A stretch of 64,000 bases of DNA, from contig JAWMAR010000361.1 of the NCBI GenBank assembly GCA_036785375.1, positions 806,001 to 870,000 on the forward strand. Direction: 5' to 3'. The DNA is from Leucoraja ocellata (Eukaryota). A program made the position numbers and the translations under genes. The notes beneath the pieces were generated by a model, which saw only the letters and a program-made list of their open reading frames with translations, did not search any database and was not told the DNA's origin. Shown here piece after piece: positions 61,658-64,000 of this stretch. The number at the start of each line of letters is the position of its first letter. Positions within the stretch are counted from its first letter, which is position 1.

Positions 61658-62503
61658 ATAGAAACATAGAAACATAGAAATTAGGTGCAGGAGTAGGCCA
61701 TTCGGCCCTTCGAGCCTGCACCGCCATTCAATATGATCATGGCTGATCATCCAACTCAGTATCCCGTACCTGCCTTCTCTCCATACCCCCTGATCCCCTT
61801 AGCCACAAGGGCCACATCTAACTCCCTCTTAAATATAGCCAATGAACTGGCCTCAACTACCCTCTGTGGCAGAGAGTTCCAGAGATTCACCACTCTCTGC
61901 GTGAAAAAAGTTCTTCTCATCTCGGTTTTAAAGGATTTCCCCTTTATCCTTAAGCTGTGACCCCTTGTCCTGGACTTCCCTAACATCGGGAACAATCTTC
62001 CTGCATCTAGCCTGTCCAACCCCTTAAGAATTTTGTAAGTTTCTATAAGATCCCCTCTCAATCTTCTAAATTCTAGAGAGTATAAACCAAGTCTATCCAG
62101 TCTTTCTTCATAAGACAGTCCTGACATCCCAGGAATCAGTCTGGTGAACCGTCTCTGCACTCCCTCTATGGCAATAATGTCCTTCCTCAGATTTGGAGAC
62201 CAAAACTGTACCCAATACTCCAGGTGTGGTCTCACCAAGACCCTGTACAACTGCAGTAGAACCTCTCTGCTCCTATACTCAAATCCTTTTGCAATGAAAG
62301 CTAACATACCATTCACTTTCTTTACTGCCTGCTGAACCTGCATGCCTACCTTCAATGACTGGTGTACCATGACACCCAGGTCTCGCTGCATCTCCCCCTT
62401 TCCCAATCGGCCACCATTTAGATAATAGTCTGCTTTCCTATTTTTGCCACCAAAATGGATAACCTCACATTTATCCACATTATACTGCATCTGCCAAACA
62501 TTT
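61658..62503 (-). mobile_element. Longest young CR1 (HER1-like) fragment, ORF2 C-terminal 244 aa uninterrupted
   Basis: ORF 61756..62490 MQYNVDKCEVIHFG..RDLGVMVH..RPHLEY..GTGY*; (TTTCTATG)3 tail; 5' truncated. Confidence 0.97.
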
Positions 62504-62519
62504 GCAGTATAATGCAGAA

Positions 62520-62850
62520 GGAGCCACAGGGATGTAATGCTGAGGCTCTATAAGGCGCCGGTCAGACCGCATTTGGAGTATTGTGAGCAATTCTGGACCC
62601 CATATCTGAGGAAGGATGTGCTTGTGCTAGAGAGGGTCCAGAAGAGATCCCAGGAATGAGTGGGTTAACATATGATGAGCATTTGACGGCACTGGGCCTC
62701 TTCTCACTGGAGTTGAGAAGGACATGGGGGGACCTCATTGAAACTTACCGAATAGTGAAAGGCTTGGATAGCGTGGATGTGGAGAGGATGTTTCCACTAG
62801 AGGGAGTTATGGATGGGCTTGTAGGGCTGAGTGGCCTATTCCTATACTAA
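62520..62850 (+). mobile_element. Older CR1 fragment
   Basis: RDVMLRLYKA.VRPHLEYCEQFW..; ORF 62656..62850. Confidence 0.85.
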
Positions 62851-63064
62851 CATCTCACACTGGACAAAATAACCGAAGCAGCAGTATCACAGGGACAGCG
62901 TTATGGCATAAACTGCCTGACACAGACTTGATTGAAACTGAACCTCAAGGTTGAGTTAGCTCAGCTATACATCGCAAAGATCCCTGCCAGTGAGTGGAAG
63001 ATCAATTAATTGTGTTCTCTTTCCCCTCCACTGCTCCAATACAGTGTCAGTACATTCAGCTTAC

Positions 63065-63195
63065 TTTCCTTTAGTAGCGGTTCCAAATGCCTCCAGTGTT
63101 GGAACCACTTTGTGTGATCTCTCTCTGGTATTCTGGGGCAGGTGGTTTCAAAGATCCACTCATATCCTTTTTCTCCTTTGCCCAGCATATGTCCC
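63065..63195 (-). other. Candidate exon (131 nt), coding status unclear
   Basis: Acceptor TTTGTGTTTTTTTGCCGACTGTAATAG|G, donor AAA|GTAAGC; only phase 2 open, which is out of frame with the 61050-61178 open frame. Confidence 0.3.
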
Positions 63196-63348
63196 CTATT
63201 ACAGTCGGCAAAAAAACACAAATTACCACATAAAAGCACACATCTTCCACACCGCCGTGGCACCAATGTCGTGTTGCTCAGGAGACTGAAGCTCCAAGTA
63301 ACAGGCAGAGTGACACAAGTTTGGACCAGAGAGAAACCTGTTTAAAAA

Positions 63349-63580
63349 TGTGTAGCAAGGAATGCTGGTTTAAACCAAAGATAGACACAAAAACTCTGGA
63401 GTAACTCAGCGGGGACAGGCAGCATCTCTGGAGAGAAGGAATGGGTGACGTTTCGGGTCGAGACCCTTCTTCAGACTGGTTAGGGATAATGGAAATGATG
63501 ATGTAGAGAGATAAACAACAATTAATAAAAGATATGCAAAAAAGTAATGATGAGAAAGGAAACAGGCCATTGTTTGGCCA
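63349..63580 (-). mobile_element. PLE 3' terminal region
   Basis: Intact terminal repeat; AAATGTGTA duplicated in the flanks. Confidence 0.85.
63447..63474 (-). ncRNA. Minimal hammerhead-ribozyme-like motif
   Basis: Minus CTGAAGAAGGGTCTCGACCCGAAACGTC. Confidence 0.45.
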
Positions 63581-63710
63581 AATGTGTAATCCCTGCATTG
63601 AAAATCCCTGATCATTTTATTTCCCTTTTCCCCCTGTGGTAGCATCAACAACTGACTGAGATTGTGCATTAGGAAGCAAACAACCTTCTCCTCAGCTGCT
63701 GCCCTGTGTC

Positions 63711-64000
63711 TTATAACCATATAACCATATAACAATTACAGCACGGAAACAGGCCATCTCGGCCCTACAAGTCCGTGCCGAACAACTTTTTTTTCCTTAG
63801 TCCCACCTGCCTGCACTCATACCATAGCCCTCCATTCCCTTCTCATCCATATGCCTATCCAATTTATTTTTAAATTATACCAACGAACCTGCCTCCACCA
63901 CTTCCACTGGAAGCTCATTCCACACCGCTACCACTCTCTGAGTAAAGAAGTTCCCCCTCATGTTACCCCTAAACTTCTGTCCCTTAATTCTGCAGTCTAC
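63711..64000 (-). mobile_element. CR1 3' end, (TTATATGG)n subfamily
   Basis: Reverse complement of 58880-59128; RGNFFTQRVVAVWNELP. Confidence 0.9.

Noticed and set aside
61756-62490. 244-aa ORF as a host gene
   Set aside because: It is the C-terminus of CR1 ORF2, 5'-truncated and lacking the RT core and endonuclease.
2270-63580. Recurring palindromic repeat as a CRISPR array or bacterial REP element
   Set aside because: Copies are dispersed and variable, have no regular spacers or cas genes, and are attached to PLE endonuclease remnants in vertebrate DNA.

Overview
Eukaryotic vertebrate DNA, very likely from a skate or ray (elasmobranch), inferred from HE1-type V-SINEs paired with HER1/CR1-type LINEs. 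About half the window (visual estimate) is retroelement debris: many 5'-truncated CR1 LINEs from several subfamilies (one very young), Rex1/Babar LINE fragments, an RTE-BovB end, V-SINEs, Penelope-like element (PLE) 3' ends and many PLE-derived fold-back units. It also holds PIF/Harbinger MITEs and a probable solo LTR. There is no intact autonomous element, no prokaryotic-type system and no CRISPR array. Nearly all ORFs in the track are TE remnants or spurious. The unique sequence holds several minus-strand splice-site-bounded segments that may be exons of one large gene, which I cannot identify. The most interesting signals are: (1) short PLE fold-back units with 9-16 bp target-site duplications (TSDs) and a hammerhead-ribozyme-like core; (2) GC-rich non-autonomous retroelements with Rex-type tails and a shared hairpin; (3) the candidate exon/microexon chain. 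TE boundaries are approximate unless a TSD is quoted.
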